Source of the DNA: Podospora anserina
Lineage: Eukaryota
Reading direction: 5' to 3'
NCBI GenBank assembly: GCA_017654855.1
Contig: CM030335.1
Coordinates: forward strand, 2,232,001-2,296,000
Length of the DNA: 64,000 nucleotides
The notes under the pieces were generated by a model. That model made no database searches. It was not told where the DNA came from and saw only the letters and a program-made list of their open reading frames with translations. Every line of letters starts with the position of its first letter. The first letter of the stretch is position 1. Positions 24,123-35,973 of the stretch are shown here, one piece after another. The translations under genes were made by a program, and so were the position numbers.

Positions 24123-27100
24123 ATGTCCGACGTTCAGGGTCGTGACATAGGCCGCCTGGGACGTGGCCGCGGGGGACGTGGCCGCGGTGGGTTTGAAGAT
24201 AGAGGCGGCCGAGGCGGAGGTGGTTTTGGGGATAGAGGCGGCCGTGGCGGTGGAGGAGGCGGTGGTGGAGGCCGCGGTGGCTACGGTGATCAACGCGGTC
24301 GTGGTGACCCCCGCGGCGGCTTCCGAGGTGGTCGTGGCGGCTTCAATGATCGTGGGCGCAGAGGTGGAGGTGGCTATGGTGGGGGTCGAGGAGGAGGAGG
24401 AGGAGGAGGTGGTGGTGGTGGTTATGCTGGTGGTCCAGATGTTTACACGTAAGTATCACGGCACCGTACATTGTCATGATGAATGACAGGCGCTAACATC
24501 AAATCAAGAGGAGCGAACAACGTCATCCCCCCGCCAAATCCCGACATCACAGCTCTGGAAGACCGCGTCGTCCAGCAAGAAAACTCTGCATTGGGACAGT
24601 TGAGCAAGCTTTCCGTCAGTGATGAGTCCAGCTTTTTCCCACACCGGCCTGGCTTTGGCACTGGTGGTGCTCCGGTTGTACTGTGGGCCAACTACTTTGA
24701 ACTGAACGTCAACACAGCCTCGCTATTCAGTTACAATGTGCTGGTGGCCCCGGAGGAATCTAGCGAGAAGAAAGAGGCCGAACCGAGCTCTGCTAAGGGC
24801 AAGGGCAAGGGAAAGCCCAAGGAGTCCAAGACCAAAGAAGCCAAGGGTACCAAACTCGCCAAGATCATCAAGGCTGCGCTCGACACACTCCCGCCTACCG
24901 TCGTTGTTGCAACCGAGCTGAAGATGAGCGTCGTCTCCAAGGCGAAGCTTCCTCTGCCCCCCAACTCAGTTATTACTGTGGGCATCCCCAGGTCCAATGG
25001 TGGTGAGGAGCGCTGGGATGTTAAGTTCAACGACCCTGTCTCGCTAGATATTGGACGCCTCAAGCAGTACATTCAGAACTTTGAAGACAAGGGTAACGAG
25101 TCTGTCTTTCCCAAGTTCGCGGCCGAAGCTGATGCGCTGGGCGTTGTGCTCGGCCACACCGCACGAAGCAACTCCAACACCGCTGCCGTTGGCAAGAGTC
25201 GCTTTTTTGCTTTCGACGCCAATCGTTCCGAAGTCGGCCCCGTATCGCCAGGCAGTATGATCGATATCCTTCGCGGTTACGTTCAGAGTGTGCGGTTGGC
25301 CACCGGTCGTCTGCTTTTGAACGTCAACGTTACCCACGGTGTCTTCCGGCCGCCCATGCCCTTGCCTGACCTGTTTCAGAGGGTTGGTAACCTCAACACG
25401 AATACACTCAAGCGCTTGCATGGGCTCTTGGCCAAATCGAGAATCCAGTGCCGGGTTCCCACCGAGAAACCTGGTGAGTGGGTGAAGGTTGAGCGCTCTA
25501 TGGCAGGATTCGGCGGGGTTAGAGATGGCAGCGGCGAGGAACGGAGGCCCGAGTTTTTGGAACCCAACGAGTACTTCGGCAAGCCTACCAACGTCAAGTT
25601 TTTTCTTCGGTCGCCCAAAAAGCCGAGACCGGCACCCAAGGGGCTCAAGTATGACACCATGGTATTGGTGTCTGACTATCACATTGCCAAATACAGCGAC
25701 TCCCACGGGGTGCGCAAGGTCGAGACTTTCCCACTGATCAACGCGGGCAGTCCAGCTAGGCCCATTTACCTGCTGGCTGAGTGGTGCTCCCTTTTGCCGG
25801 GACAGCCTATCAAGGCTAAGCTCAGTGCCAGCGAGGCTCAGAGCATGATACAGTTTGCATGCCGAAAGCCATCCTTGAACGCTGTGTCCGTTACCACCAA
25901 TGCCAGAGCTGTTCTTGCACTGGACAACAACAAACTCCTGGAGAAGTTCGGAGTGAGTGTCGATAAGCAGCTCATCACAGTCAAGGGTCGTATGCTTCCA
26001 CCCCCGGCCATGGCGTACCCCAAGAGGAATTCGGTGGAGCTGATCAAGCCCCAAGATGGCGGCTGGCTGCTCAAGGGTGTAAGGGTTTCAAAGCCTGGTA
26101 GGATGATCAAGAACTGGACGCTCTTGGAAGTACAAGGCCAGGCTGATCAGCATGTCAAGGCCACCATGGGCGAGTTTGCGGTATTCATGGCGCAGAGCAT
26201 GGGCATGGCTATCAATAAGAATGCCACACCGGCAAGTGGCTATGAGGTCGCTTCTATGGGTGAGCAAGACTTGAGAGCCGCTTTTCAGGGGATGAAGCCC
26301 AAGCCCGATCTGGTGATCGTTGTGCTTGGCGACCAGGACGCCAACGTATACAACACGGTGAAGAAGCTAGGCGATGTCGAGTTCGGCATTCAGACGGTGT
26401 GCGTGGTGAGGAACAAGATAACGAACAATAAGGGATACTTTACCAACGTCGCGCTCAAGGTCAACCTCAAGTTTGGCGGCGTCAACCACAAACTGCAGAA
26501 CGCTCATCCTCTGCTGAAGGGTGGCAAGACCATGGTGGTGGGTTACGATGTGACACATCCTACCAATCTTCCAACAGGTGCTGGAGAGAACGCGCCCAGT
26601 CTGGTCGGTCTTGTAGCCAGCATCGACTCGGATCTCGGACAGTGGCCTGCTATCGCTTGGCAGAACCCGGCTTCGTGTGGAGCAGCTTGACGTCAAGCTG
26701 GCTGAGAACTTCAAGTCTCGGCTGCGTCTGTGGCAGAAGCACAACGGTGCCAAATTACCTGAAAATATCCTCATTTACCGCGATGGTGTAAGTGAAGGGC
26801 AGTTCAACATGGTTCTGACGTCAGAGCTGCCGCACATCCGGACGGCTTGTAGCCAGATGTATGGCAAGCAGCAACCACGCATCACCCTTATCGTGTCAGT
26901 CAAGCGCCACCAGACTCGATTCTACCCGACTGATCCCCAGCAAACGCACTTCAGGTCGAAGAGCCCCAAGGAGGGCACCGTTGTTGACCGCGGAGTGACC
27001 AATGTGCGATACTGGGACTTCTTCCTCCAAGCCCACGCCTCGCTGCAGGGCACCGCTCGTCCGGCCCATTACACGGTGTTGATCGATGAGATTTTCCGGC

Positions 27101-27351
27101 CTTCATATGGTGCTCAGGCGGCGAACAACCTCGAGCAAGTAACGCATGATATGTGTTACCTGTATGGTCGGGCCACGAAGGCAGTTAGTATCTGCCCCCC
27201 GGCGTCCTACGCAGACTTGGTCTGTGATCGGGCTCGGATCCATAAGCACGAGCTTTTCGATGACTCCAGCACCATTGCCTCTGGGGCACAAGACACGGTT
27301 GGAAGCAGGAAGGTGCACCCGAGCTTGGAGAATTCCATGTACTACATTTGA
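24123..27351 (+). CDS. qde-2: Argonaute, QDE-2-like, with RGG-rich N-terminus and a +1 frameshift near 26672
   Basis: RGG exon 24123-24448, intron 24449-24508. Motifs RPGFGT..LWANYF, RLLLNVNV, GQP, LKVNLKFGGVNH, GYDVTHP, YRDGVSEGQF, KRHQTRF, QGTARPAHY, RATKAVSICPPA.YADLVCDRAR and the C-terminal MYYI. Confidence 0.93.
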
Positions 27352-28086
27352 GCGTGCATGTTGAAGAGGGGGATGAGGCAGGGGATATCTGGGACATTTG
27401 CGTGCGACATGTCACTTCTTTTTTTTCCATCTTTTCCCTTCAGTGGGGTTTGTGGGTTGGATGTAGACCAAGCCGGTTATTCACATAGTCTTTGAAATCG
27501 CTGTCCTCTGGCTTGCTAGCATTTCTTGGCAAGGTACGAGGGTGGTGCTTTTGGTGGCTTTGCGGGTGGGCAGCGTGGTAGCGGATAGGGATGGGATGTA
27601 GTCTTATTTTATCATGAATTGACTTTATGATGGTATACTCGTCGCTTGATGGTGATGTTTGGTGGTGGTGTGATGTTGATGTCTCCAATTGCCCAACTCG
27701 ATACACATTATCATTTCCCCTCTGGTCTGAAATCAGGAGTCATATAACCAGACAATTTGACCTCCGATCAAACGTAAACCCACTCTCTTGACATCAATCC
27801 CATCCCCTGTGCTGTCTGAGTGTGCCAAAAGGGCATCACGTGACCTTCCCCAGAAGCCGAGCTTTGACCACCACACCCCGCCAAGGAGCAGTCACTCTCT
27901 CTTGGCATTTTGCCCTGTCGCCGCTTTGCGGGCGTTTTTGGCCTTCTCTCGGACTCCACTACTACGTGTGACGAACGACCGACGACGAACCTCACCTACC
28001 TACCTACCTACCTTGCTTGCGGTGGTCAACTCTGACTCTTTTCCACCACCACCACCAATTAACACGACAACCTCGAGCGATTTACA

Positions 28087-28639
28087 ATGTCAGCTCTTCG
28101 CACCACCCTCCTCCCCCTGACCCGCAGGGCGGCGGGATTGGCGACGACTACAAGCAAGAGGGCGTTCTCCGCGACGGCGGCAAAGAAGGGGGGCCACAGC
28201 CCCCAGTACGACCCGCCGACGGGGTGGCTTTTCGGTGTGAAGCCTGGGGAGAAGTATGTCAACGAGGGGTGGGAGAATCTGTACTTTTATGGGTTTTTGG
28301 GGAGTTTTGTTGTTTTCGGGGTTGCTTATGCTTGGAAGCCCGATACCTCGTAGGTCATCATCTATCTCTTTGAATCCTGCTATTTTTGGCACACTCTGCT
28401 GGATGGGGGGGGGGAGGGGGGAAAGGAATAGGCAAGGGAAGATCAGAGCGGAAGGGGTGGTGGGGGGGCGGAATGAGCACGAGAGGGGGTAGTGGTGGAA
28501 AAGAACTAGTGGGGGATAAACAAAGACACGAAAGATTCGCTAACGCTCACACAGCATCCAAACCTGGGCTCTCGAAGAGGCGAGGAGGAGATTAGAAGCC
28601 GAGGGCATCCTTGAGGATCCCGACAACAAGAAGAACTAG
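28087..28639 (+). CDS. NDUFB11: NADH:ubiquinone oxidoreductase ESSS subunit (NDUFB11)
   Basis: Mitochondrial presequence, YDPPTGWLFG, EGWE and one TM helix. Intron 28350-28554 gives KPDTS|IQTWALEEARRRLE. Confidence 0.9.
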
Positions 28640-28836
28640 GATGTTTTTCTGATCGGTCAACTCGAAACTCCAAGCAAACAACGACTACGACTTGGCAGCA
28701 ACAAGAGGGCATAGCAACAAGGGACAGCAACTTGAACCGAAAAAAAAAAGCTGGGAGATGGGCGTGGGATATATGTAAATACAGACGGGCAGACGTGAGA
28801 GAACAGGGCGATCGATAGAGGAGGATCAATTCACAG

Positions 28837-28868
28837 ACCAACCAACCAACCAACCAACCAACCAACCA
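28837..28868. repeat. (ACCA)n microsatellite
   Basis: Directly visible, about 8 units. Confidence 0.9.
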
Positions 28869-29100
28869 AACAAGAACTAGACGGGGGTGGGAAATTCTAT
28901 TCTTTTTTCGGTGTTTTTGGAGATATGACGTAACTTGGACAGAGAGAGAGAGCCCAAGGTGTAATGATGTGTTTTGTTCGCAAGATCTATATTCACAGGA
29001 TGAACGCTGTCATAGAAATTCAGTGGGTATAAACTTTTTGCTTTTACCATTCGCCTTGCTCCCCACCTATATCCTATATACCCAACCCAAAAGACACACA

Positions 29101-29160
29101 CATCTCTCTCTCTCTGTCTCTCTCTCTCTCTTTCTCTGTCTCTCTCTCTGTCTGTCTGTC
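29101..29160. repeat. Imperfect (CT)n microsatellite
   Basis: Directly visible, just past the BAT1 stop codon. Confidence 0.9.
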
Positions 29161-29186
29161 CTCAAAAACCCATTAGAAACAAAAAA

Positions 29187-30505
29187 CTAGCAGATATAGC
29201 TCCAATCACTCTCCTCATCACCATACTGCCTCGCCTCCATCCACTCCTTCATCTTCATGGCAATCTCCCCGCTCTCCTCATTATCCTTCAACCCACAGTT
29301 GACCAGCTGTCCCTTCCAGCTGATCGCCCTGACAGGAGACACAATCGCCGCAGTTCCCGCGCCAAAAGCCTCAATCAATCTCCCTTCAGCAGACGCCTCA
29401 GCAAGCTCGCCCATGGTGTACTTTCTCTCCTCAATCTTCCACCCTTCCGGCGCCAGTCTCTCCCTCGCCAGCGCAAGAACACTATCTCTTGTCACGCCCT
29501 CGAGAATAGTACCGTCCAGCGGAGCGGTGATGAGCTCCTTCTGACCGGTCTGCTTGTTCTTGATCGCGACGAAAAAGTTCATCGTGCCGACCTCGGTGAC
29601 GTACTCCTCCTCCCCAAACAACCAGAGATTCTGCTGAAAGCCCCGGGACATGGCCTCCTTCTGCGGCACGATGCAAGGCGCGTAGTTGGCGCCGAGCTTC
29701 TTGTCGCCTACACCTCCTGGCCAGGCGCGGACGGCGTAATCGGTTGCTTCGAGACTGACGGCCTTGAAGCCGGTTGGGTAATAAGGGCCAACGGGGGAGG
29801 CGATGACGTAGAGCAAGGCGGAGCCAGGGGGGCCGACGCCGAGGGTTTTTTGGGTGCCGATCATGGTTGGTCTGAGGTAGAGGGAGTAGCCGCGTTCCGA
29901 GGGGATGAACCTTGATTCGAGCTTGGCAAACTGGGCGATGAGGGAGGTGAGGGCTTCGGGGGAAAAGGTTGGGAGGGCGATGCGGGCGGCGGATTTGTTG
30001 AAGCGGGCCATGTTTTTGTCTGGGCGGAAGAGGCGGATTTGGCCTTTGGTGTCTTTGTAGGCTTTCATGCCTTCGAAGCATTCGAAGGCGTAGTGGAAGA
30101 CGCAGGTGGCGGGGTCGAGGGAGAGGTTTTGGTAGGGGAGGATTTTGGGGGCGGACCAGCCGGATTCTTGGGTCCATTCTATGGTGAGCATGTGGTCTAG
30201 GGGGCAGGTTAGCTGGGGGGGACTGGGGATAAGATGAGGAGGAAAGGGGAGGGAGACGGACCGGTGAAGTTGCGGCCAAAGACGAGGTCTTTGGAGGGGA
30301 GGAGGTCCTTGGGCTTGGAGGTCTTCTCAACGACGAGCTTGGAGGGGTCGATGTCGAGGAGCTGGGAGGTGGAGGACTGGGGGGTGATGCTATATTGACG
30401 ACGCTGGACAGCAGACTGGGCTTGGATAGCAGCACCCAGGCTTGCGGAGCGCTGGGCGTTGAAGGCTGCCCTGGGAGCGCATCTTGGGAGAAGACGGCGC
30501 ATCAT
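29187..30505 (-). CDS. bat1: Branched-chain amino acid aminotransferase, mitochondrial
   Basis: Presequence, LVFGRNFT|DHML across an intron (~30261-30197), HYAFECFEGMKAY, PLP lysine in DKKLGANY, EVGTMN, ILEGVTR and GAGTAA. Confidence 0.95.
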
Positions 30506-31407
30506 TTTGGAGGTTGTATTTGTGTGCCGGTGTACTAAAAAGATGAAATCTGATAATGACTGAGGAAACAACGAAAAGCAGCAATTGGCTTTTGTAAGCC
30601 ACGGCAACGGGCACAGACGGACTCCTGGACGCGAAGGCGCACAATGGCGAATGGCAAACCCCAGGTTTTAAACAGAGAGCAAGGCGCAAAGACTCATACA
30701 ACGGGGGCACCACGCTGGCGAGTAATTGCAGCTGGAGCCCTGGATGCTCTCTCTTCTCGGAGTTGGATCGGAGGTTGCATGGTCGCTGGACAGCAGTTGA
30801 CCAATCAGGGCGCCCCTGTTGAGCCAGCTCTGGACCCTGGCCGTTGATCAAGGAGCGGCTTGCAACGGCATCGCGGGTGGACCCGGCAGATAACGAGTTC
30901 GTCGAGATCTGTGCGGGTATGCTGTGGGGGCAGGTATCTCTTAACAATTTGCTGCTGCATGTCTGGCATCGACGTGGGAAGCTAGACCAGCCCGAGAGAC
31001 TGGACCAATGCTGCAGAGATACTGACAATTTGACAGCATCATTCAGTTATGGTTCGAGTTGAAGATGCCATCTTATGATCTTCTCAAGTCCAATGGCAAA
31101 CAACCTTTGAGCCACGTCCGTTGCGGTTGTAAGGCTTGGCATAATTAGATATCAAAATCTTATCTAATCAGCCAGCCTTATTCAAGCTGCGTCAGTGCTT
31201 GGCCAGCGCCCAGACATGCCGAAGCTGACAGCTTGTTGCGCCCACCCAACACATCCATGATCGACAGTTACGCCTTGCGCGCATCTCCTCAGCCCTTGAA
31301 TTGCAAAAGATAGGTGTCTGTTTGACAATAGTACGCCTTAAATTGAGCATATTACACCTCCCACGTCCACCGAATAGCCCCGCGATGACAGCTAGAGCCG
31401 TGCAACC

Positions 31408-34400
31408 ATGTTCGCCAACGCCTTGAAATCGATAGGCGCCTCCAGCAATATCAACACCAACTATTCGATTTCCTCCACTTTGACAGCCACCGCTGGGCCA
31501 TGGAAGATCTATTCGGCGAAACGAAAGGCCACGGGCAAAGAATATTCCGTCTTTGTATTCGATAAAAAGACCCTCGATGCAGGAAACAATGGTTTGGGAG
31601 GGAGACAGTCGGCTTCGTCGCAAAAGAGAGTGGTGGAGGAGGTGGTGGAAAGGCTGAAGAAGGAGGCATCATCTCTGGCGAGGCTACGACATCCGGGAGT
31701 GCTAGAATTGGTCGAACCGGTCGAAGAAACGAGGGGAGGAGGACTGCAATTTGTCGCCGAGCCTGTGACGGCCTCGCTCTCGGGTCTTTTGCAAGAAAAG
31801 GATGACCAGGAACGGGGCGGAGGGTTTGGAGGCAGGTCGAGCCGATATGTTACCGAGGACGCGAACGGCACACGGCGACGGCGAGAGCTCGAGATTGACG
31901 AACTAGAAATCCAAAAGGGTCTGCTGCAAGTCAGTAAGGCACTGGAGTTCTTGCACGACAACGCCGGGCTAGTACATGGAAATCTGACGCCGGATGCCAT
32001 TTTAGTCAATGCAAAATCGGATTGGAAGCTGAGCGGCCTGGCGTTCTGCAGCCCCCCAGAGCCATCAACGATCCCCACGACTATTCAACCGATCATCCTG
32101 GGCGAGGTCTTGAATCCAGATCCTAGAATACCAAGGACTGTACAGCTGAATCTGGATTACGCATCGCCAGATTTCGTCCTGGATAACAACCTGACGACCT
32201 TTGCCGATATGTTTTCTCTGGGCCTGCTCTGTATCGCCTTGTACAACTCCCCACACCGGTCGCCAATCGAGTGCAATACCAGTATCTCAGCTTATAAGCG
32301 GGTGTTCCAATCGTCACAAAGCGTCCCAACCGCTACCAACAACTACCTGTCCTCCCGGCCATTACCCAAGGAACTCGGCCAACATGTGCTACCCAGACTG
32401 CTTACACGCCGGCCGGCCCAACGCATGACAGCGAAGGAGTTCCAAGAGAGCGAATACTTCAACAACGTCCTCATCTCTACCATCCGCTTCCTCGAGGGCT
32501 TCCCCGCCAAGACGCCCAATGAGAAGCAGCAATTCCTGAGAGGGCTGATCAAAGTCCTTCCGAACTTTCCAAAGTCTGTCATGGAAAAGAAGCTTTTACC
32601 GGCCCTCCTGGAGGAGCTGAAGGATAAGGAGCTGATATCGTTGATCCTCCACAACGCCTTCAAGATTATCGGTCTTCTTCCAGCGGGGAGGAGGGCTTTC
32701 AACGAAAAAGTCAGACCCAAATTGAAGGAAATCTTTGTTACCAACGCCAAACAACCTCAGGAAAAGGATGCCAATCGTGATGCCGGTTTGATGATTGTCA
32801 TCGAGCAGCTGTCTGTTATAGCTAGCAACTGCAATGGGAAGGAGTTCAAGGATGGTAAGTACCTCTTATTTTATCATTTTAAGGCCCTATTTGGCACCCC
32901 AAACGCCTCATCACTCTCTTTATGTGCCTTGCCATTATCTGTGAAGGCCTTCCAACATGGCTGAGACGCATAACTATCATCATTTGATGTCTTATCCCTA
33001 TTTTAAAGGCCTTGGTGATTGTTATTCCTCTTTTGAGATATTTGAGATATACGACCAATTGCTTTGGACGCTTCGTTACCATCCTCATACCCCTTGATTG
33101 GAGAGTTAAAGGCCTTTTTCTTTCTCTCAAACTCCTTATTACTATCTTTCTACCTCTTGTTACCATCTTTTTACCCCTGATTCGGATAGTGATAGGCCTT
33201 GTGTTTTCATTTAGTCGCCTTATCACTATCTTTTACACCTTCTCACTGTCTTCAGATGCCTCGTAACTATCTTCTGACCTCCTATATGTGCTAACTTATG
33301 TCTTTTTTAGATATCCTACCCATATTTTACACGGCCCTCGAATCACCCACCCCGTCCCTGATTAACGCCGCCCTGACCAGTTTACCAGTGGTCCTGCCTG
33401 TGTTGGACTTCAGCACCATCAAGGGAGAGCTTTTTCCAGTCATTGCTACAATTTTCAGTAAAACCAACAGTCTGGCCATCAAGGTCCGTGGTTTGGAAGC
33501 CTTTGTCACACTTTGTGGAGGTGCCGGCAGCGGTGACGATGGCTTGGACGGGCTCGCTACAGAACAGAAGAAGGCCACATCCTCCACGGCCCTCGACAAG
33601 TTCACCATGCAAGAAAAAATCATTCCTCTAATCAAGGCCATTAAAACCAGGGAACCAGCCGTCATGATGGCTGCCCTGAACGTTCTGAAGGTCGTCGGCA
33701 GGGTGGCTGATGGGGATTTTGTGGCACTGGAAATGCTTCCACTGCTTTGGAGCATGTCGTTGAACCCTCAGTTGAACCTGCGGGAATTCCAGGCCTTCAT
33801 GGAGCTTATCAAATCACTATCAAGCAGAGTGGAGGACGAACAGACAAAGAAACTACAAGAGCTCACCGGCGGCGCTGTCACATCGCCCGGCCTCAAGGAC
33901 GATTTTCTGTCGTTTGGGGCGATCGCGGGCTCTTCTCTCGAGGCGAACGGGACATCGGAGACGGATTTTGAGGCGCTGGTCAAAGGCAGGGCAAGTACGA
34001 CCAACACCAACCCACTGGACAGCTGGGACACGAAGCCATCAGCGGCGTCTTCCTCCTCCAGTGTGAGAAATTCCACACCCACGCCCACGTTTTCTTGGTC
34101 TACACCACCGGTATCCTCACCGGTAGCCACTTCACACCTCAAAGCCCAGACCGGAGGCTTCAGAACGGTAACCCCAGACCTAGCGGCCATCCAGCCCATG
34201 GCCCCAACAATCACCCAGTTCTCACAGCCCTTGCAACCACAATCGAACACAACATCGTCGCAGCCGCAGCCGCAGCCGGCGTCATTCAACTGGTCCAGTG
34301 CCAGCAGCGCAACCACGCCCAGTAATATCTGGGCGACCCCCTCCGCCAGTGCCCAACCCGCTTCCAATGTATGGGCATCATCTACAACCCAGCCCAGTCC

Positions 34401-34767
34401 GAATGCCTGGGCCTCTCAACCATCCACATCGGCCTTTAGTTCTCTAAGCTTGAATCAGCAGCAGCAACAGCGTCCGCAGCCGACAACATCCTCTTCTTTC
34501 GCCCTGCCTCCGCCACCTGGCGCGCCTAGCGCTAGCTCGGGAAATTCGGGCTTCAGTCTGCCCCGGCCACCAGGAACATCCTTCACGACTTCAGGACTGG
34601 GCGGAACGAGCAATATGAATAGTCTGGCATCACTTGGGGCTGCCAACAGGACCGGCACAGGCATGGGAATGAGCATGAACAGCATGATGGGAGGCATGAG
34701 CCAGCAGCAGAAACCGCCTCAACAGCAGCCAAAGGGGGGTTTGGATAAGTATGAAAGCCTATTGTAG
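31408..34767 (+). CDS. scy1: SCY1-like pseudokinase with HEAT repeats
   Basis: LARLRHPGVL, HGNL, WKLSGL, LDYASPD, HEAT region and S/T/Q-rich tail ending GLDKYESLL. Intron 32855-33310 (456 nt) joins EFKD|DILP. Confidence 0.92.
32865..33285 (+). repeat. Degenerate ~21-bp tandem array inside the SCY1 intron
   Basis: Units such as cttattactatctttctacct, cttgttaccatctttttaccc, cttatcactatcttttacac and ttgccattatctgtgaaggcc. Confidence 0.7.
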
Positions 34768-35572
34768 TTGTCTTTCCAGGGGTGTAGTCATTATATATAT
34801 ACCCGTAGCGAATCATTGAACCTTGTCTGTCGGGGTTCCCTGAAAGCATTTATTAACCTCGAAAGGCGTTGATCTTCTAATAACTAACAGACATGTTGGC
34901 CTGGCTAAACGTCATCAGCTGGCGTCTTGTTAGAGATTTGCGTGGTGTGAGTGACATCAACAAAGTATGGGCCCCCTGTGTCGCTTGGCTCGTGCGTTAC
35001 TCTGTGAAGCTCTCCTTGCCGGTGATCCTTTTTCCCCTTTCTTGTCTCACACTGCCTTTTAAATTTTTGAGTGATTTCGAAGAGCTGCAACCCAGCTATA
35101 GCTACCGGTTCTGGTGGACCTTTTAAGAGCCCGAAACACTCACTTCCGGTGCCTGCCGTTTCTTGTCGCCTCCGCAACCCACGTACATCCGGGGCAGCGG
35201 CGCTGCTGCAACGTTTTGTTCAAGTTTGCTTGTGCATAAGAATAAGGTAGATCGACTCTTTTTTGCTCGCTCTCTCTCGCGCACGCCCGGTCAGGCCACC
35301 CTCGAAATCCGGCATTGCCGTCAACAACCCACTCTCTTCCCGAAACTCGAGCTTTTTCTTCTGACACAATCCGGAACCGGCTGCCCGACCGACAACCTTG
35401 TGCGTGTGCGCGACTTTGCAAATTGGGACCCTCGCATACTTGTCAAATCGATTGCCACGCAACTCACTTCACTTCACTTTGAACAACCATCCATCTTGGG
35501 GTCTTTTTGCCAAGACCCACCTTGGAACTCCCTAGCTTCCTCCTCGACTTTCTTGTCTCTCACTTCCTCCTG

Positions 35573-35603
<31 letters not shown>

Positions 35604-35622
35604 TCTCTTTCTCTCTCGCTCT

Positions 35623-35659
<37 letters not shown>

Positions 35660-35660
35660 A
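35573..35660. repeat. (CT)n microsatellite upstream of SIR2
   Basis: Directly visible. Confidence 0.95.
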
Positions 35661-35973
35661 CTCTCGTCAACTCTGGCAAATCTCACTCTGTAACAACAAC
35701 ATCAGCCGCGTTTGGGACGCACTTCAACAACAACAACAAATCACCTGTCTTTTTTGCCGACCCCCGTCTTTTTTCTTTGAACACCTTACAACTTTTTGCG
35801 ACTTATCGTCGCCACGGTTGACTGGCTGCATATGTTGTTGTCATTATTTGTCTTTTAACTCGCATTTTCCGCTTTTGCCTTTTCTCACTTAGCTTCCACT
35901 CACTTTCCGACTTTTTTTTCTGTTCTTTGCCATCAGAACAACCCACCCGTCAGCGACTTTTATCGCGCCCAGA

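Noticed and set aside
25044-26054. 336-aa minus-strand ORF inside the Argonaute
   Set aside because: Antisense shadow with no recognisable domain.
35474-35821. (ER)n and (SL)n ORFs
   Set aside because: Translations of the (CT)n microsatellite.
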